The notes beneath the pieces were generated by a model. The model did not search any database, was not told where the DNA came from, and saw only the letters and a program-made list of their open reading frames with translations. A stretch of 32,000 nucleotides of DNA from Thalassolituus sp. LLYu03 (lineage in GTDB: Bacteria > Pseudomonadota > Gammaproteobacteria > Pseudomonadales > Oceanobacteraceae), in contig NZ_CP191496.1 of assembly GCF_050507655.1 (NCBI RefSeq), forward strand, positions 2,833,022-2,865,021, given 5' to 3'. A program made the position numbers and the translations under genes. Numbering within the stretch: position 1 is the stretch's first letter; every line of letters begins with the position of its first letter. Below, in pieces: positions 9,155 through 18,252 of this stretch.

Positions 9155-10462
9155 TTACTCTCTGTGATAAGTAACGTTCTGATGAAATTCGGGATAACCA
9201 ATTTCATCGTGCTCGGTGAAATCCAGCCCCAGTTGTTCGTCCTGAGTGCTGGCCCTGAGCCCCATCAGACGATCAATCAGGAAGAAAACAATCAGCGCTA
9301 ACGGAAATGCCCAGAAAAAGGCCGATACAATGCCAATAATCTGCACCGCAATATGGGTGATGCTGAACATATCGTCACGCAGGAAAAGCCCGGCTGCCAG
9401 AGTCCCCCAGGCACCGGCAAAACCGTGCACAGGCACGGCGCCAACCACATCATCCAGACGGCGACGTTCCATCCAATAAGCACCATAAACTGCCAGCATG
9501 CCGGCAATAAATCCGGTCAGCGCCGCAAATTCGGGCGCCATACTGGCACAACCGGCGGTAATACCGACCAGTCCGGCGATACTGCCGTTTACCGTGGCCG
9601 TCAGCAGCACCGGCCGCCGGGTAATACGACTGAACACCAAAGCTCCTACGGCACCGGCAGCGGCAGCTAACTGAGTATTCAGAACAATCAGGCCTATATC
9701 GGCATTGGCAGCCAAGGTACTGCCGCCGTTAAAACCGAACCAGCCGAGCCAGAGAATAAATCCACCCAGTGCCACCAGCGACAGATTATGCCCGGGGATT
9801 GGACGGGCCTCGCCGGTCTTACGATCAAAACGTCCGGTACGCGGACCCAGCACAATGATGCCGGCCAGTGCACACCAGGCACCAATCGAATGCACCACTG
9901 TGGATCCGGCAAAATCAATAAAGCCGAGTTGCGCCAGCCAGCCACCGCCGCCATACAGGCCGCCCCACACCCAGCTGCCAAATACCGGATAAATAAAAGC
10001 GGTAATGAGACAGGCTGCGATCAGGTAAGCATCGTAACGGGTACGCTCGGCCATGGCGCCGCTGCAAATAGTTACGGCTGTTGCAGCAAACATGGTCTGA
10101 AACAGCAGCACTGTGTAATCCCAGGGTTGAATATCCGCAACCGTACTGGACGACAACGCAAAGTGGCTGTAGCCAAAAAATCCGGAAAAGTTTTCACCGA
10201 ACATCAGACCAAAACCCACCAGCCAGAAAATCAGCGTGCCCAGACAAACGTCCATGTAGTTTTTCATCATGACGTTCACCGCGTTTTTCGCCCGCGACAT
10301 GCCACTTTCCAGCAAGGCGAAACCCGCCTGCATAAAAAATACGAGCGCGGCCGTCATTACCACCCACATACTGTTGCTGTTCAGTTCTGCGTTGTCTGCC
10401 AGCGCAGGCGCACTGAGCAGCGTGCAGACGACAGCCAACTGGGCTTTGCTAATCCGGATCAT
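9155..10462 (-). CDS. amtB: Ammonium transporter, AmtB family
   Basis: Start ATG at 10462 (MIRISKAQLAVVCTLLSAPALA). Amt hallmarks: FFMQAGFALLESGMSRAKNAVNVMMKN, IPGHNLSLVALGGFILWLGWFGFNGGS, VPVHGFAGAWGTLAAGLF. Confidence 0.95.
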   Translation of the reverse strand: MIRISKAQLAVVCTLLSAPALADNAELNSNSMWVVMTAALVFFMQAGFALLESGMSRAKNAVNVMMKNYMDVCLGTLIFWLVGFGLMFGENFSGFFGYSHFALSSSTVADIQPWDYTVLLFQTMFAATAVTICSGAMAERTRYDAYLIAACLITAFIYPVFGSWVWGGLYGGGGWLAQLGFIDFAGSTVVHSIGAWCALAGIIVLGPRTGRFDRKTGEARPIPGHNLSLVALGGFILWLGWFGFNGGSTLAANADIGLIVLNTQLAAAAGAVGALVFSRITRRPVLLTATVNGSIAGLVGITAGCASMAPEFAALTGFIAGMLAVYGAYWMERRRLDDVVGAVPVHGFAGAWGTLAAGLFLRDDMFSITHIAVQIIGIVSAFFWAFPLALIVFFLIDRLMGLRASTQDEQLGLDFTEHDEIGYPEFHQNVTYHRE

Positions 10463-10695
10463 GTACTCCCGCCTTATCGATAGACTTTTCAACAGCAGAG
10501 CAAAGGCTGTGCCACGAAAAAAACACAGCCGCCGCTGCGCTTTCAGCCGAAACGACTACCCACTGCAGAATATTGACGGCACCACGAACGTGCAGTGCCC
10601 GCTCACTTATGCACCAGCTTCAGGCTGGTCATGGCGGATTCGACACTGCTATATTGCAGTTATGGACGACTGCCCACGGAGGCCAGAGGCACTGC

Positions 10696-11283
10696 ATGTC
10701 CCTGATCGTTTTCGATATGGGGCGCCGGATTGAAACGCCGCTCCGCCCGGAACTCTTTCGCGTAAAAGCCATGCAGGCTACGGAGGCGCTTGCGCCTGTG
10801 CAGGCCGGTCATAATGACGCCGAAGGAAAAAACAGTTCCGGTCAGGGTTACCGTCAACAGGAAAAAGCCCCTGAAAGCGTGGCCTTTGTCGCCGACATCA
10901 TGACCACTCAGGTACGCACCCTCGGTGACCAGGCCAGTGCGGCTGATGCATGGGCAGTGCTGTCGTCGGAACGTTTCCACCATTTACCCATCACAGACAG
11001 CAACGGCCAGATACTCGCCATGCTGTCTGATCGCGACCTGATGCGGGCGCTGATCCGCAATCCGGCCGTACTTTCCCAACCTGCCCTGTCACTGGCCAAA
11101 CGTCCGGTGCTGTGCGTTCTGAAAAATACCGACATACGTCAGACCAGCCATATTCTGCACGCCTACGGCATAGGAGCCCTGCCGGTGGTTGGCGATGACC
11201 ATAAAACACTGGCGGGCATTATTACCCGCGGTGATCTGCTGCAATTACTCAGTCATTACGGTCCGATGGAGCTTTGGGCCTGA
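10696..11283 (+). CDS. CBS domain-containing protein
   Basis: ORF 10573..11283. Probable ATG start at 10696 (MSLIVFDMGRR). CBS pair: VADIMTTQVRTL..ASAADAWAVLSSERFHHLPITDSNGQILAMLSDRDLMR and VLCVLKNTDIRQTSHILHAYGIGALPVVGDDHKTLAGIITRGDLLQLL. Confidence 0.85.
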   Translation: MSLIVFDMGRRIETPLRPELFRVKAMQATEALAPVQAGHNDAEGKNSSGQGYRQQEKAPESVAFVADIMTTQVRTLGDQASAADAWAVLSSERFHHLPITDSNGQILAMLSDRDLMRALIRNPAVLSQPALSLAKRPVLCVLKNTDIRQTSHILHAYGIGALPVVGDDHKTLAGIITRGDLLQLLSHYGPMELWA

Positions 11284-11327
11284 CGCCTGTCTTTCGTCAG
11301 CCCTCATCCGGACTTAAGGAGCATGCC

Positions 11328-12704
11328 ATGAGCGAATCCATGGAACGACATTACGAACTGATTCACCCCAAAACCCACCTGCGGGTTTTATCCCGCTACG
11401 AAATTCAGATGCTGCGCGACGTCAGTAGCGACACGCACGAACTGGTGCGCCGCTGTTGTTACGCCGTACTCAGCGCCGGCAGCGTGAACGATGATTATCT
11501 GAATCTGGAAGAAGAATTCCGCGATTTTAATATCCGCGTTGAACAGGAAGACCGCGGTATTGTTCTGAGTCTGGTAAACCCGCCACAAAGCGCCTTTGTC
11601 GACGGTGAAATCATCCGCGGCGTGCGCGAACAATTATTTTCGGTGCTGCGTGACGTGCTGTACGCACAGGAATCGATTCTCAAGGCACACCGCTTTGATC
11701 TGAATAAAGGCGACGACATTACCAACGCGGTTTTCCACCTGCTGCGCAACGCCAACGTACTGAAACCCGACCGCTTACCGAATCTGGCCATCTGCTGGGG
11801 TGGACACTCCATTCCCCGTCACGAATACCAGTACACCAAAGACGTGGGTTATCAGCTCGGACTGAGAGGTCTGGACGTTGGCACCGGCTGCGGGCCGGGT
11901 GCGATGAAAGGCCCGATGAAAGGCTGCACGATCGGTCACGCCAAACAACACAACCGCAGCGGCCGCTACATAGGCATTACCGAGCCCGGCATTATCGCCA
12001 CCGAAGCGCCCAACCCGATTGTAAACGAGCTGATCATTTTGCCGGATATCGAAAAGCGTCTGGAAGCCTTTATCCGCCTCGCTCATGGCATTGTGATCTT
12101 CCCGGGTGGTCCTGGCACAGCAGAAGAACTGCTGTACCTGCTTGGTGTACTGTCGCACCCGGCGAATCAGAAAATTCCGTTTCCGGTGGTCATTACCGGG
12201 CCCAAAGAAACCGAAGGCTATTTGCGCGATATCGATAAATTCATCGGTGCGACACTCGGCGCCGAAGCGCAGGCACGTTACACCCTGGTCATAGACGATG
12301 CGGCAGAAGTCGCACGCCTGATGAAAAAAGGCATACGTAAGGTTGCCGACTACCGCAAAAATAACGATGACGCCTATTTCTTTAACTGGGCACTGACGAT
12401 TGACGAAGACTTTCAGCTGCCGTTTGACCCGACCCACGAAGAAATGGCCAGCCTGTGCCTAAGCCGCTCACTGCCGGGCCACAAACTGGCTGCCAATCTG
12501 CGAAGGGCATTTTCCGGTATCGTTGCCGGTAACGTTAAGCAGGTGGGTATTCAACGGGTTAAAGAATTTGGCCCTTATACCCTGCAGGGTGATATCGACA
12601 TCATGCAACAGATGGATGCCTTACTGAGCAGCATGGTGGACAAAGGACGTATGAAAATCAGCGGGAAATACGAACCTTGCTATCGGGTAAAAACAGGCGA
12701 CTGA
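11328..12704 (+). CDS. ppnN: Pyrimidine/purine nucleotide 5'-monophosphate nucleosidase (LOG family, YgdH/PpnN)
   Basis: About 458 aa from ATG 11328 (MSESMERHYELIHPKTHLRVLSRYEIQ). LOG-family motif GIVIFPGGPGTAEEL and GTGCGPGAMKGPMKG. Confidence 0.92.
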   Translation: MSESMERHYELIHPKTHLRVLSRYEIQMLRDVSSDTHELVRRCCYAVLSAGSVNDDYLNLEEEFRDFNIRVEQEDRGIVLSLVNPPQSAFVDGEIIRGVREQLFSVLRDVLYAQESILKAHRFDLNKGDDITNAVFHLLRNANVLKPDRLPNLAICWGGHSIPRHEYQYTKDVGYQLGLRGLDVGTGCGPGAMKGPMKGCTIGHAKQHNRSGRYIGITEPGIIATEAPNPIVNELIILPDIEKRLEAFIRLAHGIVIFPGGPGTAEELLYLLGVLSHPANQKIPFPVVITGPKETEGYLRDIDKFIGATLGAEAQARYTLVIDDAAEVARLMKKGIRKVADYRKNNDDAYFFNWALTIDEDFQLPFDPTHEEMASLCLSRSLPGHKLAANLRRAFSGIVAGNVKQVGIQRVKEFGPYTLQGDIDIMQQMDALLSSMVDKGRMKISGKYEPCYRVKTGD

Positions 12705-12719
12705 GCGCCTGTTTTTACC
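12686..12719. terminator. Bidirectional terminator with the ppnN stop codon in the loop
   Basis: ggtaaaaacaggcg-actgag-cgcctgtttttacc, a 14-bp perfect stem. TGA stop at 12702-12704 falls in the loop. Confidence 0.85.
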
Positions 12720-12728
12720 GTCTCCACA

Positions 12729-14477
12729 TCAGAAGCGGGACAGGTACTGGGTAATACCGGTTTCCTGATCTGCTTCAACCTCTCGGTGAATATTGTTCAT
12801 CGGCTCCACCACACCTTCACGGCCGCGGCTAAAACTCTGCTCATCAACAATGACTTTGTAGGCTTTATTCAGCAGCAGTGCACGTTCCGTTGATGGCATC
12901 AGCAGATAGCTGATATCGCCGGCCAAACGCGCAAACGCCTCAGGCTTTTCCGTACCGTCCTTGTTGAAGAACTTACTGAACACTTCGGTGTTGGTGCGGT
13001 ATTCATTGCCTGTCGGATTCTGGCGCAGGTAGAACGCATATTGTCCGGCACCATCCTCCCGCAGCGGGTCTGCAACACCGTCCAGACCTTTCTCCATCCA
13101 TGAATACCAACCGTGACGGAACTGCTCATCCCCCAGCTTCCACTGGAACGACAGGTTGGTATCTGCATGAGCGCCGATATTGCCGTGACAGCCCATGCAG
13201 AACATAGTCTCTTCATAGGTCTGCGGACGCAGCTGACCGGCATCATCTTCGATAAAGCCCTGATACACCCAGCCGTGCTGAGCATTCATACCGGCTTCCA
13301 TATTACCAATAATGGTTTTCGTTCTTTCGGGAAAATCGTGACGCTCTTTGAACTCAGCCTGACCAATCAGACGCAGGTCGTAGTAATCTTTCCAGGCCAG
13401 TTTGCGGCTGTAGCGCAGCTCTTTCATGCGCTTGGCCATCCGGGTTTTGTCACCATCAACGTCGATGTAACGCACGGAATGGACAAATTCAGTGCCTTCC
13501 GGAAACAGGCGGCCCGCAATATGAATGCTCCCGTCTTCCAGCGCCTGACGGGCCTCACCAACATAACTCATAAAGCGTTTCTTTAGGGGGGCCCAGTCGT
13601 AAACCACTTCAGTAGCAATATCGAGCCGGTCGTTTTTATTCAGGTCGACCTGCAGCAGCTTCTCATCCGTCGGTTCAATGGCAACGTTCTGCTGTTTGAT
13701 CATGGCCTCGACAATGGCAAGGTTAACCTTATACACCGAGGGGTCGTAGACGCCTTGTTCGTTCTTGCGGAAGGTGTCCGGCAAGCGGATCATCACGTCA
13801 TCGGTTGAGCCATTGGTCGGCAGAAAGGTGCCGAGAAACGGAAAGTACGCATACACGCGCCAGCCACTCAGCTGACCGTCCGGGCGAACATCAAAGCCAT
13901 CGGCGTTAAAATTAAAGTAGACATCCGGTGTATAACCATCCCACTGACCGTTTTTATTCCGGTCCCATTCTGGCGGAATACTTTTCATTTTTTCGGCCAG
14001 AATAATTCGGCTGTCTGACGTAAAGTAATTATCCTGACGAACGTAATTCAAAATGCTTTCGTCAGATATTTTTCCGATATCCGTGGTTCTGTCTTTGTAG
14101 ACATTGGTCCAGTAATTTTTCAGTGCAGTCTCTGGAAATCCGTAATTTTCCTGAACGTCAGTATCGTTCATAAAATTAGGTACTTTACTGATGGTATGGC
14201 AGGCATAGCACGGGTTGTGTGCCTCACCGACACCGTCGATAACATTGGTGTAGCACTGAGGTGGAATGTAGGCGACCTGATTGCCGGACATATCAGCTGT
14301 CAGATCCGTCAACGTTCCGAAAGTGATTTCACTCGTGCTTTGCTTCATCGGATTCACAGTTGCAACCTGATAAGCAGTGGAACCACTTTCCCCCTGCGCT
14401 TTCTGCGCCTCGCGAGCACCGTCACATCCAACAAGAGCAACAGTCAAAAGCAGAAAAGATGAGATAATTCGTTGCAT
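12729..14477 (-). CDS. Predicted di-heme (two CxxCH) lipoprotein with EF-hand-like loops, unknown function
   Basis: ORF 12729..14546. Probable start at 14477 (MQRIISSFLLLTVALVGCDG, a lipobox). CYACH and CMGCH heme-binding motifs, plus DRNKNGQWDG and DLNKNDRLDIATE calcium-type loops. Confidence 0.75.
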   Translation of the reverse strand: MQRIISSFLLLTVALVGCDGAREAQKAQGESGSTAYQVATVNPMKQSTSEITFGTLTDLTADMSGNQVAYIPPQCYTNVIDGVGEAHNPCYACHTISKVPNFMNDTDVQENYGFPETALKNYWTNVYKDRTTDIGKISDESILNYVRQDNYFTSDSRIILAEKMKSIPPEWDRNKNGQWDGYTPDVYFNFNADGFDVRPDGQLSGWRVYAYFPFLGTFLPTNGSTDDVMIRLPDTFRKNEQGVYDPSVYKVNLAIVEAMIKQQNVAIEPTDEKLLQVDLNKNDRLDIATEVVYDWAPLKKRFMSYVGEARQALEDGSIHIAGRLFPEGTEFVHSVRYIDVDGDKTRMAKRMKELRYSRKLAWKDYYDLRLIGQAEFKERHDFPERTKTIIGNMEAGMNAQHGWVYQGFIEDDAGQLRPQTYEETMFCMGCHGNIGAHADTNLSFQWKLGDEQFRHGWYSWMEKGLDGVADPLREDGAGQYAFYLRQNPTGNEYRTNTEVFSKFFNKDGTEKPEAFARLAGDISYLLMPSTERALLLNKAYKVIVDEQSFSRGREGVVEPMNNIHREVEADQETGITQYLSRF

Positions 14478-14510
14478 CTGTAAACCTTTCTCAAACACTA
14501 TTTTAACCAA

Positions 14511-14537
14511 AAAAAGGACGGGCAAAGCCCGTCCTTT
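14511..14537 (-). terminator. Rho-independent terminator downstream of the PhoX-like gene
   Basis: Plus strand aaaaaggacgggc-aaa-gcccgtccttt. Read on minus this is an 11-bp stem followed by a T tract. Confidence 0.8.
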
Positions 14538-14556
14538 CCGATCCATCCGTCACCAA

Positions 14557-16404
14557 TTACTTGGTAGAAATACCCGGGAATGGACCAATGTAACCGGTGT
14601 AAGCCATTGTCTCGCCAGCACCAGTATCTTTATCACCGTCAGATTCGCCATATGGATGCTGAACGACAGACATCAGGTAGGCCCAACCATTGATGTTCGG
14701 GTACCAGTATGGAGAAGTAGTTTCTGCACCGTATGGAGTGGTCTGAATTCGGGTCAGAGACTCAGTAGCGAAATCATAAGCCCAGATTACGTCATTCTGA
14801 TGACCAGAACCGGAATCTTCACCGATGATCAGCTTGTCGTAGCCTTCCATGTAAGTCACGTTGTCCGGGTTCGCCAGACCGTCGATATGGCACTTGTTGC
14901 TCTCGAAACCAGTTACCTGATCTACCGGGTTTGGACCATAGGAAGAACTGGTTGGCTTACCGGCGATAAGGCCATTAAAGTTCTGTGCAACGTATTCAGA
15001 ACCGATGGTGCTGTCGCTGGCCAGATCCAGAGCGTATACACCACCACACACGTTGAAACCATCCAGCTGCAGATCGTTGTTGCCACCTTTATCGTAAGAG
15101 GTGGAAGCAACACCGTCTTTCTTGAAGTTTTCCATACCGCGTTCGATTTCAGAGATACCAACGTACAGACGGTTACGTTTGCTGTCGAAGGTTACACCTT
15201 CTTCTTTACGCAGTTCGGTAGTGGCACCCAGCATGGCCGCATAGCGACGGGTTTCCAGACGGGAAGCTGCCTTTTCCATACCGGTTTTTAACTTCAGACA
15301 TTCCTGGCCAATGCCGTTGGCATTAATCGAGGTGTAGCCAGTAGGACATACGCCGTCGGTTGCGGATTCTGTGTCGAAAATATCAGCAAAGGTGGTGCCG
15401 TTATTAACGAAGGTTTTGATCTCTGCATCGGTAGCATGACCCAGGCTGATCCAGCTGAGGTTAAATTTGCCCTGACCTTCACCTGAAACCTGATCAAACT
15501 TAGCCGCGTAGGTAGTACCAGCGGTCAGATCACCGGCGGTATCGGCAACGTACATGTAGAAACCAACGTTGGTACCGTCATCGGTCATATAAGCAGTTTT
15601 GGAATCCGGCAGTACTTTAGCCAGCTCAAACGCCAGACGACCCATGGAATAATGCTTGGTCAGAGTAGTTTCTGCACTCTCATTGACAGCAACTTCAATA
15701 TTCCAACCATAGAAGTACGGATTCCAATCGTTTTCGTCCGTGTAGTAATCCAGTTGCTTGGCATAGTAAGAAGTGTTGGCAGCGAAGTCAGCCGGGGTCG
15801 CGTTAGTCTTAGCATCTGGCTCATATTCTTCAGAAGCCAGATGAGTCTGCCATGGAGTCACAGAGGCAGCACAGTGAACCCAGCCGCCATTAACGCCTGA
15901 CTGATCGATCTGCTTCATGTTTTTAACAGTCAGCTCACCGGTCTCAGAGTTCTGATTCAGTTCCATCAGGAACATGGCACCCGGAGTGGATTCCATCTGA
16001 GAAACAGAGAACAGCTTGCTGCCAACCTGCAGAAGAGATGTGTGTTCATTCGAGTTAGAAACACGAATAGAACCGTCGTCTTCCTGCAGTACGGTACCAG
16101 TCTGATCAACCAGCTGTCCGAAAATAACGCCGTTGTGATCTTCACCTGAACGCGCAAGCGTATGGTAAGAACCACCGAAAGTACCGTCACCCACAGTGGC
16201 TTCAGAAGCGAAAATTGCGCGTTTGTCCGCGTCGGTCTGAGGGGCTGCAACACCTGCAAAAGACAGTTCAGTACCAAAGGTTTTGGTGGTGTGATCGGCT
16301 GTTGTCAGATCTTTACCATCTTCGCCACCGCAGGCCGCCAGCATGGCAGTGATCGCGGAAACGGTAACCGCCTGCGCGAGGCGATTTTTTTCCAGAAATT
16401 TCAT
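14557..16404 (-). CDS. PhoX-like (DUF839) phosphatase family lipoprotein
   Basis: ORF 14557..16473. Likely start at 16404 (MKFLEKNRLAQAVTVSAITAMLAACGGEDG, a lipobox), with gagagag 6 nt upstream. PhoX-type GGWVHCAASVTPWQTHLASEE, YFYGWNIEV, MGRLAFELAKVL.DSKTAYMTDDG. Confidence 0.8.
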   Translation of the reverse strand: MKFLEKNRLAQAVTVSAITAMLAACGGEDGKDLTTADHTTKTFGTELSFAGVAAPQTDADKRAIFASEATVGDGTFGGSYHTLARSGEDHNGVIFGQLVDQTGTVLQEDDGSIRVSNSNEHTSLLQVGSKLFSVSQMESTPGAMFLMELNQNSETGELTVKNMKQIDQSGVNGGWVHCAASVTPWQTHLASEEYEPDAKTNATPADFAANTSYYAKQLDYYTDENDWNPYFYGWNIEVAVNESAETTLTKHYSMGRLAFELAKVLPDSKTAYMTDDGTNVGFYMYVADTAGDLTAGTTYAAKFDQVSGEGQGKFNLSWISLGHATDAEIKTFVNNGTTFADIFDTESATDGVCPTGYTSINANGIGQECLKLKTGMEKAASRLETRRYAAMLGATTELRKEEGVTFDSKRNRLYVGISEIERGMENFKKDGVASTSYDKGGNNDLQLDGFNVCGGVYALDLASDSTIGSEYVAQNFNGLIAGKPTSSSYGPNPVDQVTGFESNKCHIDGLANPDNVTYMEGYDKLIIGEDSGSGHQNDVIWAYDFATESLTRIQTTPYGAETTSPYWYPNINGWAYLMSVVQHPYGESDGDKDTGAGETMAYTGYIGPFPGISTK

Positions 16405-16547
16405 ATCCATCTCTCTCTCGGTTTTAAAAGGGCTAACTTCCCGGCGAGCAAGACTAGAGTACGAAAATGACAATCCGGGTTATTTTTTATTACAGAGAAA
16501 AGACATTGTTATTACAGATATCAGCTAGATACCAGCCCCCGCAAACG

Positions 16548-16601
16548 CGCCTCCTGGCGGCGCTCAGACAATTAAAAGGAGGCGGTCAGACAATAGAAAG
16601 G
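16548..16601. promoter_or_regulatory. Candidate regulatory repeat cluster upstream of the PhoX-like gene
   Basis: Direct repeat gcgctcagacaattaaaagg (16560-16579) / gcggtcagacaatagaaagg (16582-16601), 17/20 identical at 22-bp period. Inverted repeat cgcctcct (16548-16555) / aggaggcg (16577-16584). Confidence 0.4.
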
Positions 16602-16616
16602 CAAATGCCAGGCAAC

Positions 16617-16640
16617 AAAAAAGGAGCCGAAGCTCCTCTT
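16617..16640 (-). terminator. Rho-independent terminator of the fumarase gene
   Basis: Read on minus: ggagc-ttcg-gctcc followed by tttttt, a UUCG-capped hairpin just past the stop at 16666. Confidence 0.85.
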
Positions 16641-16665
16641 TTATTCAACCGCAGAAATCAGTGAA

Positions 16666-18174
16666 TCAGACTTCTTTGGCGTTGATTTTGGCGTACCACA
16701 TCTGCGGACCGGTTTTGTGCACCGACTCACCTTTGGTATCCACTGCAACCGTTACCGGCATGTCTTTTACGTCGAACTCGTAAATGGCTTCCATACCCAG
16801 ATCGGCAAAGCCCACCACTTTAGAGGCTTTAATCGCCTGAGATACCAGATACGCTGCACCGCCCACGGCCATCAGATAAACGGCTTCGTTATCTTTAATA
16901 GCTTCGATGGCGATGTCACCACGCTCGGATTTACCGATCATGCCCAGCAGGCCGGTTTTTTCCAGTACCAGACGGGTGAATTTGTCCATACGGGTAGCGG
17001 TCGTCGGGCCAGCTGGTCCAACCACTTCGTCACGTACCGGATCAACCGGGCCAACGTAGTAAATAAAGCGACCTTTCAGATCCACCGGCAGCTCTTCGCC
17101 ACGGTTGATCATGTCGGCCATACGCTTGTGCGCCGCATCACGGCCCGTCAGCATCTTGCCGGACAGCAGAATGGTTTCACCGGTTTTCCAGTCTTTTACG
17201 TCTTCTGCAGTGACGGTATCCAGATTCACACGACGCACGGAATCACCCACTTCCCAGGTAATTTCCGGCCAGTCTTCGACGTTTGGTACTTCCAGCACAG
17301 CCGGGCCGGAACCATCCAGCACGAAGTGAGTGTGACGGGTAGCGGCACAGTTCGGAATGATCGCCACTGGCTTATTAGCCGCGTGGGTCGGGTAATCCAT
17401 CACTTTAATGTCGAGCACTGTGGTCAGACCGCCAAGCCCCTGAGCACCGATACCCAGCTTGTTCACTTTATCGAACAGTTCCAGACGCAGTTCTTCGGCA
17501 CGGTTCTGTGCACCACGGGCTTTCAGCTCGTGAATGTCGATCGGTTCCAGCAGGGATTCTTTGGCCAGCAGCATGGCTTTCTCGGCAGTACCGCCAATAC
17601 CAATACCCAGCATGCCCGGTGGACACCAGCCAGCACCCATTTTAGGCACCTGTTCCAGCACCCAATCGACAATGGAGTCGGACGGGTTGAGCATAGCGAA
17701 CTTGGATTTGGCTTCAGAGCCGCCGCCTTTGGCCGCTACGTGCACGTCGACTGTGTTACCCGGAACCAGTTTCATGTGAATGATGGCCGGGGTGTTGTCT
17801 TTGGTGTTGGCGCGTTTGCCGTCCGGGTCAGCCAGAACGGATGCGCGCAGCACGTTGTCCGGATGGGTGTAAGCACGGCGTACGCCTTCGTTACACATAT
17901 CTTCAACAGACATATCGCCTTCGAATTTAACGTCCATACCAATGGTCAGGAACACAGTCACAATACCGGTATCCTGACAGATCGGGCGGTGGCCCATGGC
18001 ACACATGCGGGAGTTGATCAGAATCTGGGCCATCGCGTCTTTGGCAGCCTTGGATTCTTCGCGCTCGTACGCTTCATGCACGGCATCAATGAAGTCTTTC
18101 GGGTGGTAGTACGAGATGTACTGCAGCGCATCAGCGACGCTCTGGATCAGATCTTCTTGCTTGATCACAGTCAT
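16666..18174 (-). CDS. Fumarate hydratase class I (Fe-S)
   Basis: ORF 16666..18264 with ATG start at 18174 (MTVIKQEDLIQSVADALQYISYYHP). Class I signatures GHRPICQDTG, GGGSEAKSK, GIGIGGTAEKAMLLAKESL, GPAGPTTATRMDKF. 502 aa. Confidence 0.95.
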   Translation of the reverse strand: MTVIKQEDLIQSVADALQYISYYHPKDFIDAVHEAYEREESKAAKDAMAQILINSRMCAMGHRPICQDTGIVTVFLTIGMDVKFEGDMSVEDMCNEGVRRAYTHPDNVLRASVLADPDGKRANTKDNTPAIIHMKLVPGNTVDVHVAAKGGGSEAKSKFAMLNPSDSIVDWVLEQVPKMGAGWCPPGMLGIGIGGTAEKAMLLAKESLLEPIDIHELKARGAQNRAEELRLELFDKVNKLGIGAQGLGGLTTVLDIKVMDYPTHAANKPVAIIPNCAATRHTHFVLDGSGPAVLEVPNVEDWPEITWEVGDSVRRVNLDTVTAEDVKDWKTGETILLSGKMLTGRDAAHKRMADMINRGEELPVDLKGRFIYYVGPVDPVRDEVVGPAGPTTATRMDKFTRLVLEKTGLLGMIGKSERGDIAIEAIKDNEAVYLMAVGGAAYLVSQAIKASKVVGFADLGMEAIYEFDVKDMPVTVAVDTKGESVHKTGPQMWYAKINAKEV

Positions 18175-18192
18175 GGTGGACTCTCTCTCAAA

Positions 18193-18211
18193 GGCTTCAG
18201 ATGCTGAAGCC
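18193..18211 (-). promoter_or_regulatory. Leader hairpin immediately upstream of the fumarase RBS
   Basis: ggcttcag-atg-ctgaagcc, an 8-bp perfect inverted repeat adjacent to the gagagagag purine stretch. Confidence 0.5.
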
Positions 18212-18252
18212 GGTGGCTGGCACCCACTGGCAGCTTGTGGCCCTGCGGGCGT

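Noticed and set aside
16560-16601. Pho box upstream of the PhoX-like gene
   Set aside because: The repeats (TTGTCTGA on the minus strand, 22-bp spacing) do not match the CTGTCAT 11-bp-spaced Pho box closely enough to name it. Reported only as an unidentified repeat element.
16717-18207. 496-aa plus-strand ORF antisense to the fumarase gene
   Set aside because: It lies almost entirely opposite the highly convincing class I fumarase, has no domain signature and has a compositionally odd His/Arg/Val-rich sequence. It is a shadow ORF from codon bias.
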